From contig NC_079172.1 of NCBI RefSeq assembly GCF_947568905.1, positions 59,520,001 through 59,584,000 on the forward strand: 64,000 bases of DNA, in the 5' to 3' direction. The notes below the pieces were generated by a model. The model was given only the letters and a program-made list of their open reading frames with translations. It ran no database searches and had not been told where the DNA came from. This document shows, piece after piece, positions 13,332 to 25,856 of this stretch; position 1 is the first letter of the stretch, and each line of letters opens with the position of its first letter. A program made the translations under genes and the position numbers. Source of the DNA: Ostrea edulis (taxonomy: Eukaryota).

Positions 13332-14677
13332 CAGTAAAACTCGAATATAGCTAACACGGATATAGCGAAAATACGACTTTAGCGAAGTGAAAACGATTTC
13401 CCCGGCAAATTCTTTATATATTTTATATAAAAAGCTGCGTCTATAACGAACACGGATATAGCGAATTTACGGATATAACGAAGTAAATTCCTATTCCCCT
13501 TGAATTAAAACTGAACGTAAAAATCACCTTTTATAACGAATTTATTTTTTTCATTTTAAACTCTTTGTGATTTTTAACAATCGTTTTCCATTGACATAAA
13601 GGATTCACACTTATTACAAAATTTCCGTCTGTATTTTTTGAAAAAAGGTTGTTAACGCAAAACAATACTTACACATACGTTTAGGAAATATATTGTCGGT
13701 ATTGTTTACTATTATTGTTAATCAAATTTGAAGTTTGATTGCATTTATTTTATAATACACTCCTTTATTTGTGTAAAACAACAAGTAAATGACAGTTGCA
13801 ATAGACTGTACATGTATATGTATTGCACAAAATTGTGTTGACATTTCTCTCTCGACATATTCTTGCATGACTTAATAATCCATCAAGATAAATTATCATA
13901 CATAAATCAATGTTTATATTTCTTGTATAAAAATATTTCTTCTCGAAAATATATAGGCTTCATTTCTATTAAAGAAAATACAAACGCAAGTATATGCAAG
14001 GTGAAGATAACGAACAGTGACCAATCTCATAACTCCTTTAAGCAATACAAAATAGATAGTTGGGCAAACACGGACCCCTGGACACACCAGAGGTGCCTAG
14101 GAGGAGTAAGCATCTCCTGTTGACCGGTCACACCCTCCGTTAGCCCTATATCCTGATCAGGTAAACGGAGTTATCCGCAGTCAAAATCAGTGTGCCAAGA
14201 ACGGCTTAACAATCGGTATGAAACACGTCAGACAGCATTTGACCCAATGCAAGGTTGTACTGACGAAGTAGATCGTTATAACGACCATAGAATTTGCGAA
14301 ATGCTGACTTCAATCGAGACTGTTGAAATCCCTGTACTATCAACTTGTTAGTCAGCAGCTTACCTCGATATAAAAACTTACTATACGCAGAACAAGCTCT
14401 TGCATATCGAATCAGTTGAGATATATAAACACCATACGTAGGGGATAATGGAATATTGCTACATAAATATGGGAAGTTGACAATGGAGAAGCTGAAATCA
14501 TCCCGTTTGTCATACATTGTTGTTTTCTTATATAACTGTTATACATGTAGAACAAATCAGTTTTATAACGAATTTGTTATATTTGAATTATGAATTCGCC
14601 ATAAACATATAGCGAATTACGCTTATAGCGAATTTTATAGAGGGTCCCCAGAAATTAGCCATATAAGAGTTTTACTG
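13332..14677. mobile_element. Tc1/mariner-pogo-like non-autonomous element with TA target duplication
   Basis: TA|CAGTAAAACTC ... GAGTTTTACTG|TA terminal inverted repeats with TATAGCGAA-type subterminal repeats. Confidence 0.8.
13998..14517 (-). mobile_element. Penelope-like 3' fragment nested in the pogo-like element
   Basis: YDKRDDFSFSIVNFPYLCSNIPLSPTYGVYISQLIRYARACS...FRKFYGRY (ORF 14206..14517). Confidence 0.85.
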
Positions 14678-15280
14678 TATACCGACCAATCTCATAAAAC
14701 CTGTAAACAAAATACTAGAAGATGACAAACACATGCTCCTGTAAACAACATTCATAGACCTGTGCATTCATATTACACAACAACCCCTTTACATATGGCA
14801 TTACTTAACTCACTGTTCTGACATGACTGCAGCGTCTTTAATGATGTCATCAGTTCATTTGCCTTTGGTTGGTAATTCGAGTGTTTAGCTTTGGCAAAAT
14901 ATCGTATGACAGTTGCTACATGAGTTTTTATATTTTCTTTTGAAAAGTCAAACTGTATAACAGTTCTTTTCCTCCCTTGACTAATTTTACTTATTACATG
15001 CTGTGCGTTTGTGTCCTTTTTCTTGTAGTATTTGTTTAGCTTTTCGTCAGCCACATTACGGTTCGAAAAGCCTGTGCACACAGGAACATGTTAGTGTAAA
15101 CAAACGGAACTACAATAATCTGGGAATAAATCCCTTTCTCTAAGTCGTAACTTGCAAATATTGGAAGTTATGATGAAAATGACTAATATCTGTTATAATA
15201 TATGTATTACATTTAATCTTCCCCTTAAAAAAACGACCCCTCCAAAAATGAAAAGCGAAAAAAAATATTGGAAAAATATT

Positions 15281-15350
15281 ACATTTGAACTCGGAATGTA
15301 TCGTTTAAGTGTAAGATTACCGACCACCTAAACCACTAGGCCACCCAGGC
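15281..15350 (-). mobile_element. tRNA-derived SINE head (Pol III box A / box B)
   Basis: Reverse complement GCCTGGGTGGCCTAGTGG...GAGTTCAAAT carries box A (TGGCCTAGTGG) and box B (GAGTTCAAAT); no complete cloverleaf was seen. Confidence 0.45.
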
Positions 15351-15647
15351 ATGTGAGTTTAAAGGTTTAGCGTTTGACAGGCTGCTAAATCTCAAGGTAA
15401 ATTTTGATAACGATTTTTTCATATTTTATCCATTTTCAACAAGAGAGCCACCTTAAACAAAATTTCTCAAACGGACTTATATACAGTCATAATCAAGTAA
15501 AACGATTTTAGTGTTTTATTTCTGGTTTAAGGTGGCCTTTTGCAACAGTTTGCAATTTTTATGCCCATTACGTTACAACTACCTGTTTTTGGCTATATTT
15601 AGCTCTAAAACTTCATAGTTATTTCGGATTTCAAACTTTTCGGTTGA

Positions 15648-15691
15648 GCATCACTGAAGAGACATTATTTGTCGAAATACGCATCCGGTGC
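15648..15691 (+). ncRNA. Minimal type I hammerhead ribozyme, slightly degenerate
   Basis: GCATCA-CTGAAGA-GACA ttatt TGTC-GAAA-TACGCA-TC-CGGTGC: core intact, one mismatch in helix I, helix III palindrome imperfect. Confidence 0.65.
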
Positions 15692-15984
15692 ATCAAAAAT
15701 GGTACCGTATAATTTTGCATTATGACCACTGGGTCGAGGCCTCTGCTGGTGGACTGGTCTCAACAGCCCAGTAGCTAAGTACTTCGTTACTAGCTTGAAA
15801 ATACGGATGTATATTTAATTGCTGTTATAAAATTTAAAAATTCATTTCAAAATTAAGGATTATCTCCCTCGTGCATAGCTCTTATCCTTGGACGAATTTG
15901 GCTCCACTTTTTTGGCACGCTGTTTTTGGCTATATTTAGCTTTAAAACTTCATAGTTATTTCGGATTTCAAACATTTCGGTTGA

Positions 15985-16028
15985 GCATCACTGAAGAGAC
16001 ATTATTTGTCGAAATGCGCATCTGGTGC
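15985..16028 (+). ncRNA. Minimal type I hammerhead ribozyme, intact; predicted cleavage after C16022 (AUC)
   Basis: Helix I GCATCA/TGGTGC; CUGAAGA core; helix II GACA/TGTC; GAAA; palindromic helix III ATGCGCAT; NUH = AUC. Confidence 0.85.
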
Positions 16029-16317
16029 ATCAAAATTGGTACCGTATAAGTTTTACAACTACTATATACTCTATATAATCACGGTGATGTTTATGCTTAT
16101 CAAATAAAGATACTATCAACATATCGATATTTTTACCAAGTCATTTGGGTAAACACAAGTATAAACTGACATTGTATAGCAGAATATTTGTAAAAAATGA
16201 TATTCAAAAAATAGGTATTTATGTAGGCGAAATTGCATACCAAGTGTTCTATACCCCTTTGTAGAATAATGACTTTAAACGACTACTGACACATAAACGA
16301 TTTTGTCAGTATAATGA

Positions 16318-16790
16318 AAGGTGAAGATAACGAACAGTGATCGATATCATAATTCCCATAATGAATACAAAATAGATAGTTGGACAAACAGACCCCTGGA
16401 CACATCAGAGGTGGGATAAAGTGCTCAGGAGGAGTAAGCATCCCCTGTCGACCAGTCACACTCGCCGTGCGCCCTATATCCTGATCAGGTAGTTATATGT
16501 AGTCAAAATCAGTGTGCCAAGAACAGCCTAACTATCGGTATGAAACATGTCAGACAGCATTGATTTAGAAATTGATCATATGCAGGGCAAGTTCTCGCGT
16601 ATCAAACCAGTTAGAAGATACAAACATATATTCAAGTAGAAATAAAATATTACAACATAAATATGAGTTGTTAACGGTAGAGAATCGGAATTAATCCCAT
16701 TTGTCACAAAGTTGATTTATTAGTTTACTATCAAAGTCTTTGTTCAGTAAAACATCCAAGTAGGAAACATATGTTTAAAACTTTGTATCA
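16318..16790 (-). mobile_element. Decayed Penelope-like 3' fragment
   Basis: Same GTGAAGATAACGAACAGTGATC...GACCCCTGGA...GGAGGAGTAAGCATCCCCTG blocks as the 12427 and 13998 copies. Confidence 0.75.
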
Positions 16791-17169
16791 TTTATATCGA
16801 ATTCACTGGGATAAACCGGTATGCGATCGACATATGAATGGAAATTAATATTTTTCATATATCTATTGTTCTAAGGCAACACGCACTTGGTTCATTTGAA
16901 CACTTACAAAATTCTAGAACTAAAAGGAAAACCAATCAATAATATATGATAGTACACTGTTGTTATGAAAATGCATAGGTTGTGTTGACTATGTTTAAAA
17001 CTCGCTCTTGTGTGTTATCTCGAATTTAAGATGTGATTACTTTGATTGAATGAACAACGTAATAATTTCAAAACTATCTATAGACCACACTAAATAATTT
17101 TCTCTATATTTTCTATTTTTATGTTCTCATCTTTTCACACTGTTTTAAAGTGAGAAAGTTTCCCAGTTT

Positions 17170-17300
17170 ACTTTCGGTAGGTCGGTGATCTCTTCCCAGG
17201 TGCATTGTATCTGGGTTATCTCGTCCACCAACAAAAACTTGGTGCCACCATATAACTGAAAAATTGTTGAGTGTGGCGGAAAACATCAAATCAAATCACA
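17170..17300 (+). mobile_element. 3' portion of a bivalve SINE
   Basis: CCACCAACAAAAAC...ATATAACTGAAAAATTGTTGAGTGTGGCG-AAACA followed by an (ATCAA)n tail. Confidence 0.45.
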
Positions 17301-19544
17301 TTGTTTTATCCCTGAAAAACAGACAATGTTATCGTTGATATATTTGACTACAAATGACTTAGATAAATGAAATGATTTAGCATCCCATCGTGTGTCGGTA
17401 GAAAGACACGCGTGATGCAGCATTTTATAGAAATACATACAAACTACATTATAGCTTTAGTGAGGTAGTAATGCTTCTGATTATCACAATGTCTTTGACC
17501 TGTCACGGCATAGTATGGAAATGTAAAGGTCACACTCCATTCATTGTAGCATTTAATATAATGATAGTCCAAGGTCAATAACAAAGATACACCGACTTCC
17601 TTTCCACCAAGTCTTTCATTTTATTACTGATGCAATGTACATTTTCATATCAAGCTTAAAAATCCAAAAACGATACAAATTAATAGAGACGGTTAACAAT
17701 GTTTTAAAAATAAAAGTTGACCTATTCATTCTACTTTGGCTAAAAGAAATGTATATGTACTGATGCAACCCACTTCAAAGTCAACTTTCTTGTAAATGTA
17801 CATTTATCTATTAACACATAAATGCGTGTATATGTGTTTGATTTACTGCAACTATACAGAAACAAATACATGTATAAGTATTTCATAGGAAAGACTAATC
17901 ACCTAACTTTTGATAAAAGTTACTCAGGTAAACAAATACTCTATCAATATTTGTTTGTAACATTCTCTACAGTAAAACCCTGCACATGCGGTACAAAATC
18001 ATCTTATTAGAAAATTCGAAATCCATGTTACTAGAAACCATGAAATTTTACAAGCATAGATAGCTATACAAAAACATTTCCATGCATGCATAAACATTGC
18101 CGGGCACCCCCCTCCCCACTCCGCCCAAATTATACATAAACTTTACAGCGTAACTCTTAAGCCTTCAATATTACGGATATAAATATTAATCAAAATATTA
18201 TGTTATCATATACTTTGCAAACATTGCGCTAAAGGCGTGAAACTTTTAAATGATAAACGCACATTCTAATGATTTTTCTTTTTACAAGTTAAAACGTCAT
18301 GATTTCCAATAGCATCTTTAAAAAATTTCTTTCATAGAAAAACGCTACGCAGTCTTTCTCAATAAGTAGGTCCAAATTGCTTAATAAAAATAATGTAAAA
18401 AATCAACATTCATGTTATTTATGAAATAATATGCCGTTTCAAATTAATTAGTCAAAACTGATTTATATCATGTTCATCTTATATCTTGGTTATACAAATA
18501 CTTTTCAATAAATTTAATGTTTTGAATACATAATATGATGAAGAGTTTTGTTAAAAGCATACGACAACATATGAGCATTGTGCGAGGAAATTTAATAAAC
18601 AGAAATTGTATCAATTCATATTAATGTAACACAATTGGAAAAGAGAAATTAAAATTAGATATAATTTTCAATGTTTATTTCGATACTATAGAACTTCTTG
18701 AACCAGAAAATAATGATTTCAAGTCCTAAGTGGAGTATGAAATTTATCCACTTTGAGATATTACAACACAGGCAAATAATGACGGGTATTTCAGTATTCT
18801 CGACCCGATATCAATTTGGCAAGGTATGTCTCACTGTCTTTTTCCTGTCACCTTTACATTTACTTGATTATTACATAATTGTACCATACCAATGAGATGT
18901 TTCTCAAGGTTTCAATGACCCGATCTAGTAATCAGACTTCTTAGATCCGCGCCGTATACTCTGCGTAAGAAGCGATTGTGAGTGTATCTTAGGATCTGAT
19001 TTTGATTAGATTGTCAATAACTTTAACTAAACTAATCAAGAATGTCTAATTCGACAAATGCTATGAATGTATTTATTCGCAATGCTTTTACAAATAGAGT
19101 AGTAGAAATTAATATGGATACTTATGAAATATGTTGACATTACCGACACATTTTTAATCAACCAAAAATCATGTTCTTTACCATTAGAACATGGATTCTA
19201 CTATTCATTGTACATTTAAACTTAATGACATAAGTAAAGGTCGATCTTCACACTCAGTAAGCTACATTTAAACCTAATGACATAAGTAAAGGTCGATCTT
19301 CACACTCAACAAGCTAGGTCTATTTTCACTTTTTTAAAAGTAAAGTTTCAGGGTGATTGATTGATTGTATCTTGTTTAAACTGACATGAATTAATAAATA
19401 CGTACACTTTTCTCATCTTATCCGCCATATTTCTCTCAGGTAGCCTAATTTACTCTACCCGTATATACCCCAAATGTGATTGTCACATCTGAGTGATTTT
19501 TCTAGGTGAACTCGACCAGTGCACATCTGCGATAGTAATATAAT

Positions 19545-22500
19545 GTATGAAATTTACTTTACTCAAGTAATATGTAAAGAAGTTACATGTAGCTCCGCCG
19601 ATGATACAGATAGTTTACTCGGGGATATTTTGGATTTAGAATATGAGAGTAATTCAAGTGCATCATATTCAGCAAGCTTTGACCTGAAATTAAACTGTTA
19701 TAGAGATATACCTGATGAAGTTATTAAATCAACCGCTATTTTAAATGAGTACCGAGTAGAAAATACATAAATATGTATCACCCGTTTGAAAGATAAAACA
19801 GAGAATACTGATGCTAATAGTGGTTTGTGTGACACCTATTTTTGATACATCTTTGTACTTTCGCTCGAGGGCCAAATCAACTGAAGACGAATGGTACGCA
19901 TATAAGTACATGTATATTGAATTTAACATCATTTCTAAAGTTGAGATAAGCAATATAAGATATAACACTGATATAACACAAGATTATATAAGATATAACA
20001 CTGGCTTAGTCTGATTTTATTCTGATCATTCATTAGATCAACCTCACCAACAGATGTACGCCACTGATTGTCAATCAAAAAAGGTCAGTGTTCTGATGCT
20101 CTCATGTCCTACATGAGAACATGCGGTCAACAACACCAAAAAAGCGAGTGGTGTTGTGCATGGGATTCTTTTAAATTCAAGTAAAAAAGCAATTTCGTTC
20201 AATAACGGTGATAAAGTAATAGTGTGTATGCTTCAGCTCAGTGTGTGAAAATAAAATTAGATGTTTTCTGTGGAAATTGAGATGTAATAAAATTAGTTTA
20301 TTTTTCATTTAGTTTTCTTACGCTTGCAAGCTTTAAACCAATAATTGAATAGATATCTGTTCAACAGTAAACCGTTTACTATTCAACAGTTTAGGACTGA
20401 ATACTTGACTTTTAAGCTGCTAAGTATTGAATGATTTAACTATTCAATTACTAAACACAGTGGATGACGTCACTGGTTTTTAAAGTTGTAGTATCCAAAA
20501 ACTTTATTCTCCGAGTATTATAATTTTTCACTGTTTTATATGCTAAAGTTGACAGGTAAAGATCAGGGTAATCACTAATACTAATTGGTATCCCTCTTCC
20601 ATATAGAAAAACCCATGTTAACAAGGGTTCAAAACATATAATCTATCTTTATGTTCAACTTAAAACATATAATCTTTAATTTCAACATAACAACTATTTG
20701 TTTTTCTTATCATCTAATTGATGAAATTGAGTGCAACTAGAAAATCCATGGGACATGGAGTTCGATTAGCTTCTATGATTACATTGTACAATAAAACACG
20801 GTTAACACAAACTTTCCAGGACCAGCTAGTTCGTTAAAGCCCATCTTCGTTGTTGTTTTTTATTTTTCTTTCATAAGGGAATAAATATTTTCCAACAAGC
20901 ATGAATTCGTTACAAACGTCTTCGTTAAAAGGGTATTACTGTAGTTTTAAGAAAAACAATATAAACGTGTGTTGCAGTATCAAACAGTGTACATAATTAC
21001 GCAATCAATGCAACATTAAACCTCATGACCTCTCACTGATATAATTATTCTTCATTTTTAAGTTGTTGTAACATAAATTGTTTGCAATGGAATTTCTTTT
21101 TCAGACTACCTTTCATTAAATAAATAATCTTACGAATTTATAGAAACAGAAGTATTAGGAGTAGGCAACAGACAAAAGTTGGGAAAACGAGTGTCTCACA
21201 TTTTAGAATCATTTAATTTACCAGAACCACTGAACCAATTTCAATCCAACTTGGCACAAATCATAATAAGCTATAAAGCATGTTTAAATGAAGGGACATG
21301 CCCCTTTTAAAAGTGATGTAATCAAGAAAAGCCGACAATAGGATGGGATCATTTAAAAAATATCATCAACAACTAGCATGAAATGTTAAGATTAAATAAA
21401 AGCTTCCGGACGCATTGTACACTCTAGTATTCCTTTATATATAGATATATAAAAGGTGAAGATAACGAACCGTGATCAATCTCATAACCCCAATAAGGCA
21501 TACCAAATAAAGAGTTAGAAAAACACGGACACCTGGTCATACCAGTAGTGAGATAATGTGCCTAAGAGGAGTAAGCATCCCCTGTCAACCAGTGAAACCC
21601 ACCCTGAGCCCGATATATTGTTCAGGTAAACGGAATTATCTGTCAAAATTAGTGGGTCAAGAGTTTCTTTGTAAACGGCATGGAACAAGTCAGACAGTAT
21701 TTGACCCACTAATAGGTTGTATTGGCAAACTAGATTGTTATAACGACCAAAACGTTTGCAAAATGCTTACTTTAAACGAGACTGTCAAATTCCTTGCACC
21801 ATCACCATCTTTTTCTCGATCTAAAAACTGATCATACGCAGAACACATTCTTGCCTATCGAATCAGTTGAGAGATATAAACACCGTATGCATGTGGTAAT
21901 GGAATATTGCTACATAAATATGGGAAATTGATGATGGAGAAGCTGAAATCATCCCGTTTGTCATAACGTTGAGTTGTTAGTTTGCCGTTAGTATCTACAT
22001 TTGTACTTTCAATAAAATATATGTCTTAAAACGCAGGATTTGATTTAGCCAAATCTATCACTTGGCATTGTTTTGTGATCTTATTTTACTCAAAGTTCAG
22101 CTAAAAATGGTAAAACTCATTGTCTCACGAGGTTTTGCTCAGATTCCATTGAAATAGCAGGAAAGAAGAAAATTTTAAATTTACAATTGTGATTGATGAA
22201 CCAACTTAATCAAACTAAAATGAAAAGTATTAGAAATACAACGTTTAAACAAATATCTAAAATGGGAACATTCTCACAATTAAACATCCGATATCTTACA
22301 CTTAGACAGATAAACTCCGCAACAGTGGTATATAAAAGAAGTTGAACATAACAAATACAGTAAAACTCGAATATAGCTAACACGGATATAGCGAAAATAC
22401 GGATATAACAAAGTAAATTCCTATTCCCCTTGAATTAAAACTGAACATAAAAATCACCTTTTATAACGAATTTATTTTTTTTTTCATTTTAAACTCTTTG
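19545..22500. repeat. Segmental duplicate of ~9370-13535
   Basis: Colinear matches of the LRR segment, satellite fragment, Penelope-like copy (21453-22065) and left end of the pogo-like element. The piggyBac body is missing here. Confidence 0.9.
19547..20800 (+). pseudogene. Decayed LRR + LRRCT coding fragment (family X, copy 2)
   Basis: A single frame from 19547 reads VKKLHVAPPMIQIVYSGIFWI*NMRVIQV... and YKYMYIEFNIISKVE (LxxLxLxxNxIxxI), with several stops. LENPWD with NPW at 20743-20751. Confidence 0.55.
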
Positions 22501-24211
22501 TGATTGTCAATGTAGAAACCCTTAACGTGTATATGGTACACATGTGTAAATTGTATCATGTAGTTATAATGTTTGATTGTTAATTTGTGTATGCCCCTGA
22601 GGGCCCTTGATTGGTGAATAAATAAATAAATAAAATATTGATTTAAGATTCGGGTTCGGACTGTACAATATTGTTGTGCAAAAGCAGACTGCAATTCATT
22701 GTGAATGTTTTCTTCCTACAAAGTATAAACAAACGCAGTCAGGTAAATACTACCACAAAATGATCCAGCATGGCGGCCATATTGCTCATTTACGAGCATG
22801 TAGGAGCACTTATGATAGCCCTAGACCAGTCGTAGGGTTACGATCAATATTGATCGTAAATCACAAATCGTAACTTTTAGTGAAACGGTCTTACGTGCTA
22901 TGTTCACATTTAAGTCTACTTTTACGATCTACGATCTTTTAGTGAAACGGCCGCCTGATCCCACTTCTGGTATGCCCAACTCTCTATTTTGTATTGCTTA
23001 TGGGAGTTTTGAGATTGATAACTAATCGTTATCCTCGCATTTCGTATGTTAAAAGTTTTACTCAAATTGCAACATCTTATTTCATCGAAAGCTACGCATA
23101 CTTTGTTACATGTATGCATTTGAGATATATAATCCATGTGATATTATAGAAATAACATCGTTTCACATTTACTATATGTCATAATAACATGATGGCGTGT
23201 TGTTCATGAATTCATTCTGAAATATGTGTTAAATCAAAATCTAAAATAGTGTTCGAGTAAGGACCTTAATTGAAAACTTTCAACTGAAAATCCATCAAAA
23301 TAAATGGCATCGCTTACTGTACATGACTCATCCTGGTGCAAAGTTTTCATATACTACGGAATGGGTATCATATTAATGTACAGGAACGTCCTCATATTGA
23401 CAGTGTTGTTTCCTCGTGTTTTCACCTAGTACTTTAATTGTTATTTGGAATAATTCACAATCGTATCATACCACGGTAACTGATATAACCATATGGAGTT
23501 CATGATTGACGGAATATTTATATAAGAACCAATGTTAGGTGTGGCCAGTATTACATGTATACTTGATCACAATTATACTGTGATGTTTGCCTTTTGTCAC
23601 ATTTCATTTGAAATATCTTGGGTGGTTCCACATACTTCATTTGAGTAAATACAGGACACTGAAAACTGAATATCATTTTAATGTATGAACATCAATCTAT
23701 CATAAATCGTAGCGATATATGTCATCAAAATTCAACGATATTTTTTCTGATTGGCATATAATCAAGTTTATCATACATGTTACAAACCGTTTTCTATTCA
23801 TTATTGATATGACTTCAACACATGCATGGATTCCCAATCATTGATTAACAGATTAACTCACGATCATTCTGGACTATAAATACACTGGTAGACTACTTTG
23901 TGATATAGTTATCAGTTGTCACTATATGAGCTGTGGATGTTAAGTCCATAACTAATTGACTAATATTGTATGCATGCATTAAATTCTTCAAAAATAGTGT
24001 ATCACACGTGAAACACCCAATTGTATATTTTCCGAAGACATGATTCTTGTAATTCTTTATGAAGATTTTTCTCTCATTATTACAGATGGCGATTTTCTTA
24101 GATGATTTACGACTTTAAATGTCCACTTCCATTAATGATTTATTCTCACAAGTGTAATATACAGTTATGATGCAGAATGTGTGGAAACGTACTATAATTT
24201 TTTTCATTCAG

Positions 24212-24283
24212 AGATTTAGAACGAAATCGATTGACAACGATAGAGAGTGGTAGTTTTGAAGGACTATCCAAGCTAGAGTATCT
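24212..24283 (+). pseudogene. 72-bp LRR exon, splice donor lost (unit A1)
   Basis: CAG|a-DLERNRLTTIESGSFEGLSKLEY-ct|TTAATT; GT changed to TT. Confidence 0.8.
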
Positions 24284-25856
24284 TTAATTATCTTATTATT
24301 GTATACTTGTATTATACCAATCCTTACAAATTCTGTTCATGGATTGTGGTGAAATAGTAAGCCATCCTAAACATTTGTAAGTTGTCCTAATTTTTATTTC
24401 TCTTGGTTTATAAGATTGAAATATCTCATTCGGTCCTACATCAAATGATAACCACAGGTGCAGTTATTTTCACGTGAAGTAATGGGGTTTCCTTTCTGCT
24501 TTTTTATTTGATGGGTTAGGGAATAATTCATGTTAAACAATTACTTACGCCTTACTTCAGTCACTGAGGGAATCCAGAAAAACTCCAGAGGGGCCTGGGG
24601 GTTGCGACTCAAGATGATACCTTTTCCGGCTATAACTTGGTTGCTTGCCGACAACAAAATGAGGATTTTAATAAAACCTTTAATAAAATGGGTTGCAACC
24701 CCTATAAACCCTTACAAATCCCCCCGTGTTATCGTGACTTTGGATTCTAATTTTGTCTGATTCAGAATATTACAATTTACGTACATGTTAATGTACATTC
24801 ATTCTGACAACGGACTGTATATCATTTTGATTCACATGATTTGGACATATTATCTTACCAAAGCTCAAAATGATAAACATGGCTGAATTATATTATATGA
24901 GGATACTTTTCATTATAACCACTTGAAGTTACACTGAATGATCATACACGTTAAAACCAAAAGTCACAATATATATGATGAGATCATTTACAAGTAAACA
25001 TGATCACGATTTCTACAATAGTGATTTTCATGTTGTATTATTGAATCATTTAAAAACCACATTTTAGTGCACATCGACAAAAGCATGAGAATCTAAAAAA
25101 CAATTAAAAATGAATATTCCAGTAATGATGAGCTGAGATTGCACATAATTGATATGTTGGTAATTTGTGTAAACCCCTCTCAAGTCATCAGTGATCTCAC
25201 TGAAATACACATACTTAATGAGAAGTTTTGCGATCATTCTAAGCTCGATATATAGATAGGGGTTTTAGGCTAGCAATGATCATATGTTGAATGCATATAT
25301 AGATGATGATAAAATAAAATATATACATATGATGATAAAATAAAATATATCTACATAAATTTTTACTCAATCACATGTTAAAGTTGACGTCTATGATAAA
25401 GAGACGCATAGTTTATGCATGGAATAATTATTCAAAAGTATTGCTTCATACCTCCTGCATCTAATTTTAGACTGTTCCTAAGTGAATACATTACACCTCT
25501 CATGATATCTCAGATTGTTTTACGTTTTAAAATACTGTACATTGTGACGTGCAAGAGACCTTTCATCTTGGTAAAAAGGCGTATGATACCAAAAGGATTC
25601 GCCAGTTACCAATTCCAGACACATAGGAGCGATTTTCAAAGGGGCAGCTTTTTATCCAGAATTTTCAACCTCACATTTTCATTCACTACTACTATGAAAA
25701 ATAGTGGGATAGGGGGAGTCATTCTATAGATCTTTATTTGTACATCAGAATAACAGGTAATGATCATTGTCACAAATGTGGAGGGACAGCCCCCCTCCTT
25801 GATTTTACATGCCCGAATTCATACTCCCTTTCACGTGACATTACTGAGATAGTATG

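Larger units (their letters stand above)
15583..16052 (+). mobile_element. Hammerhead-ribozyme retroelement (non-LTR retrozyme / Penelope pLTR-like): 337-bp monomer + 133-bp repeat
   Basis: 15583-15715 is repeated at 15920-16052 (period 337). The element is flanked by the direct repeat TTACAACTAC (15573-15582 and 16053-16062), and each repeat contains a hammerhead core. Confidence 0.8.

Noticed and set aside
24085-24150. Candidate second exon after TTACAG in each unit
   Set aside because: In-frame stops in the phases tested and no consistent donor site.
25415-25729. 104-aa ORF (MHGIIIQKY...) conserved three times (also 59367 and 61200)
   Set aside because: Conservation reflects recent duplication of type-A units. 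The frame is broken in B and C units and has no recognisable domain.
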